Below are positions 62,352-64,000 of a stretch of 64,000 bases of DNA, piece after piece. Each line of letters starts with the position of its first letter. Within the stretch, counting starts at the first letter, position 1. The notes under the pieces were generated by a model. That model had not been told where the DNA came from, made no database searches, and was given only the letters and a program-made list of their open reading frames with translations. The position numbers and the translations under genes are program-made. This DNA comes from Bacteroidota bacterium (GTDB taxonomy: Bacteria > Bacteroidota > Bacteroidia > Chitinophagales > Chitinophagaceae), in the NCBI GenBank assembly GCA_039798125.1, contig JBDKGO010000001.1, forward strand, positions 145-64,144. The letters are read 5' to 3'.

Positions 62352-63058
62352 GTGGCGAATCCCTATTTCCAGTGTAAACAATTTATCGTGCATCAGGAAC
62401 ATACTGCAATGAAAGTATGTACTGATGCATGTTTATTTGGCAAATACAAAATGCTACATATATATTGGACATTGGTTCTGGCACAGGTTTATTAAGCTTG
62501 ATGCTTGCCCAGCTATCAAAAGCACATATTACAGCCATTGAAATTGAGGATGGCGCATTTGAACAAACCAAAACCAACTTTGATTTAAGTCCTTGGAAAG
62601 ATAGATTGAATGCAATTCATATTTCGGTTCAAGATTATGCAACTAAGAACAAAGAAAATTTATTTGATTGCATCATTACGAATCCACCTTTTTACGAAGG
62701 AGATTTAAATTCACCAGACAATGCAAAAAATTTGGCTGCACATAGTACTGCATTACCATGGGATGCATTGGCAGAAGCAGCTGCTTCCTTGTTACAAGAA
62801 AATGGTGCCTGGTATGTTTTAGTACCCACATTAAGGGCTTATACGATGCAAAAATTTGCTTCAACTTATGGTCTTCAATTATCCCAAGAATGCTTGATGT
62901 ACAATGACGCAAAGCACCTCCCAATTAGGGCAATGCTAAAATTTGTAAAACAAAAAGAATCGGCCATTCAACGGCATAAAATTGTGATCAAGAATGCAGA
63001 CCAATCTTATACCTCGGAGTTTATCAATTACTTGAAGGATTACTACTTACATTTATAA
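62352..63058 (+). pseudogene. yfiC: tRNA1(Val) (adenine37-N6)-methyltransferase (TrmN6/YfiC), frameshifted at ~62441
   Basis: GTG 62352 gives [30 protein letters not shown], stop at 62493-62495; the -1 frame carries ILDIGSGTG and NPPFY. Confidence 0.85.
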
Positions 63059-63117
63059 GTTCACAAGTAAATAATTATTGTAAAATATTTTATTATATAT
63101 CTACACAATAAGAGCTA

Positions 63118-64000
63118 CTAATGTTTTGCATACTCTACTAAATGATCATAGCGAGGGTTTAATTTCCCTTTATCTAACATGGTTGCACGTTGTATGATTT
63201 CATTGCCTCCTGCCACTAAATCAGGTAAAACATATTTGATCAATTGTTCTCCAAAAAACCTACTTGCATCACGCGGTAATTCATTCGGTAAATTACCAAC
63301 AGCCATAATATCAATTCCTTGTGGTAAATAAGGCGATGTTTTCTCAAAACTATTCACATTCACGCCATAAACAGGATCTTCTGAAGAAGCGTCTCCTAAA
63401 TTACAAGGCACACTGCCATGGGCGTCATCTGTAATATCTGCAATAGTGGTCAACACAAAATCTTCTTCCAATAAATCTTGATGTGTAAACAATGGAGGAA
63501 TACCTGGTTCCCAATAAATACCATTCATTAAAATCTGTGCATGCGGTAAGTATTGTTTAAATGTGCAATCATAATTTTCGGGATGCGCATGAAAATCATT
63601 TCGCTCGTAAGTCTTAGTTGTTTTATGCGTATACAAATCTCTTCCTTTTAAATGCACGTATACTGGATAAGCATAATGACGATCAAATTCATCAGGCTCC
63701 ACTTGTTGCACATCCATTAAATTCATGATCTCTAAAATACCATGCGCTACCCTGCCCGATCCTGTAACTACTATTTTTACTGGAGGTAATTTTAAACCGA
63801 AATAAGTATGGATGAGTTCTCTATAATCTTTCACTTCTTTCACCCTGCCTAAATGAAATGCTTTAGTACGTTTACCATAGGCCATCATTCCATTATGCGC
63901 ACCAACAATACCTGCAAAAAAACCAAAACCAATGAGTCTTTGACCATCTTCATGTTCTAAACATTCATAATCGATCAAGGTGATCCCTTTATCCATCATG
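63118..64000 (-). CDS. AlaDh/PNT-family NAD(P)-dependent oxidoreductase (lysine-ketoglutarate reductase/saccharopine dehydrogenase-like), 3' part
   Basis: LIDYE, RLIGFG..AG.VG, TGSGRVA.G, ADITDD..GS, MAVGNLPNELPRDAS..FG; 5' end lies beyond the window. Confidence 0.8.
   Translation of the reverse strand, partial: MMDKGITLIDYECLEHEDGQRLIGFGFFAGIVGAHNGMMAYGKRTKAFHLGRVKEVKDYRELIHTYFGLKLPPVKIVVTGSGRVAHGILEIMNLMDVQQVEPDEFDRHYAYPVYVHLKGRDLYTHKTTKTYERNDFHAHPENYDCTFKQYLPHAQILMNGIYWEPGIPPLFTHQDLLEEDFVLTTIADITDDAHGSVPCNLGDASSEDPVYGVNVNSFEKTSPYLPQGIDIMAVGNLPNELPRDASRFFGEQLIKYVLPDLVAGGNEIIQRATMLDKGKLNPRYDHLVEYAKH

Overview
AT-rich, densely packed core-genome region of a Bacteroidota bacterium. Gene content, gene order and TAnnTTTG promoters suggest a Chitinophagaceae/Sediminibacterium-like organism (inference). 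It carries housekeeping genes (tpiA, pruA, pdhA, ychF, cinA, parE/parC, tcdA, ung, lptD, mlaD, prfB, ftsY, rpmB-rpmG-DUF4295/bL38, tsaD, sdhCAB), tRNA-Val(TAC), tRNA-Arg(TCT) and RNase P RNA. I see no integrase, transposase, prophage, CRISPR-Cas or defence island, and no clearly new multi-gene system. Main oddities: (1) a ~210-bp multi-hairpin/direct-repeat element with a GCGAAGC mini-hairpin right after tRNA-Arg; (2) an adjacent exported hypothetical protein with motifs resembling the class II terpene cyclase beta domain; (3) two genes (a ~1000-aa TPR protein and the tRNA-Val m6A37 methyltransferase) each broken by an apparent short deletion into the -1 frame, which may be real or an assembly artefact; (4) the programmed +1 frameshift in prfB and the small bL38 gene, both missed by the ORF track; (5) several probable leaderless transcripts.
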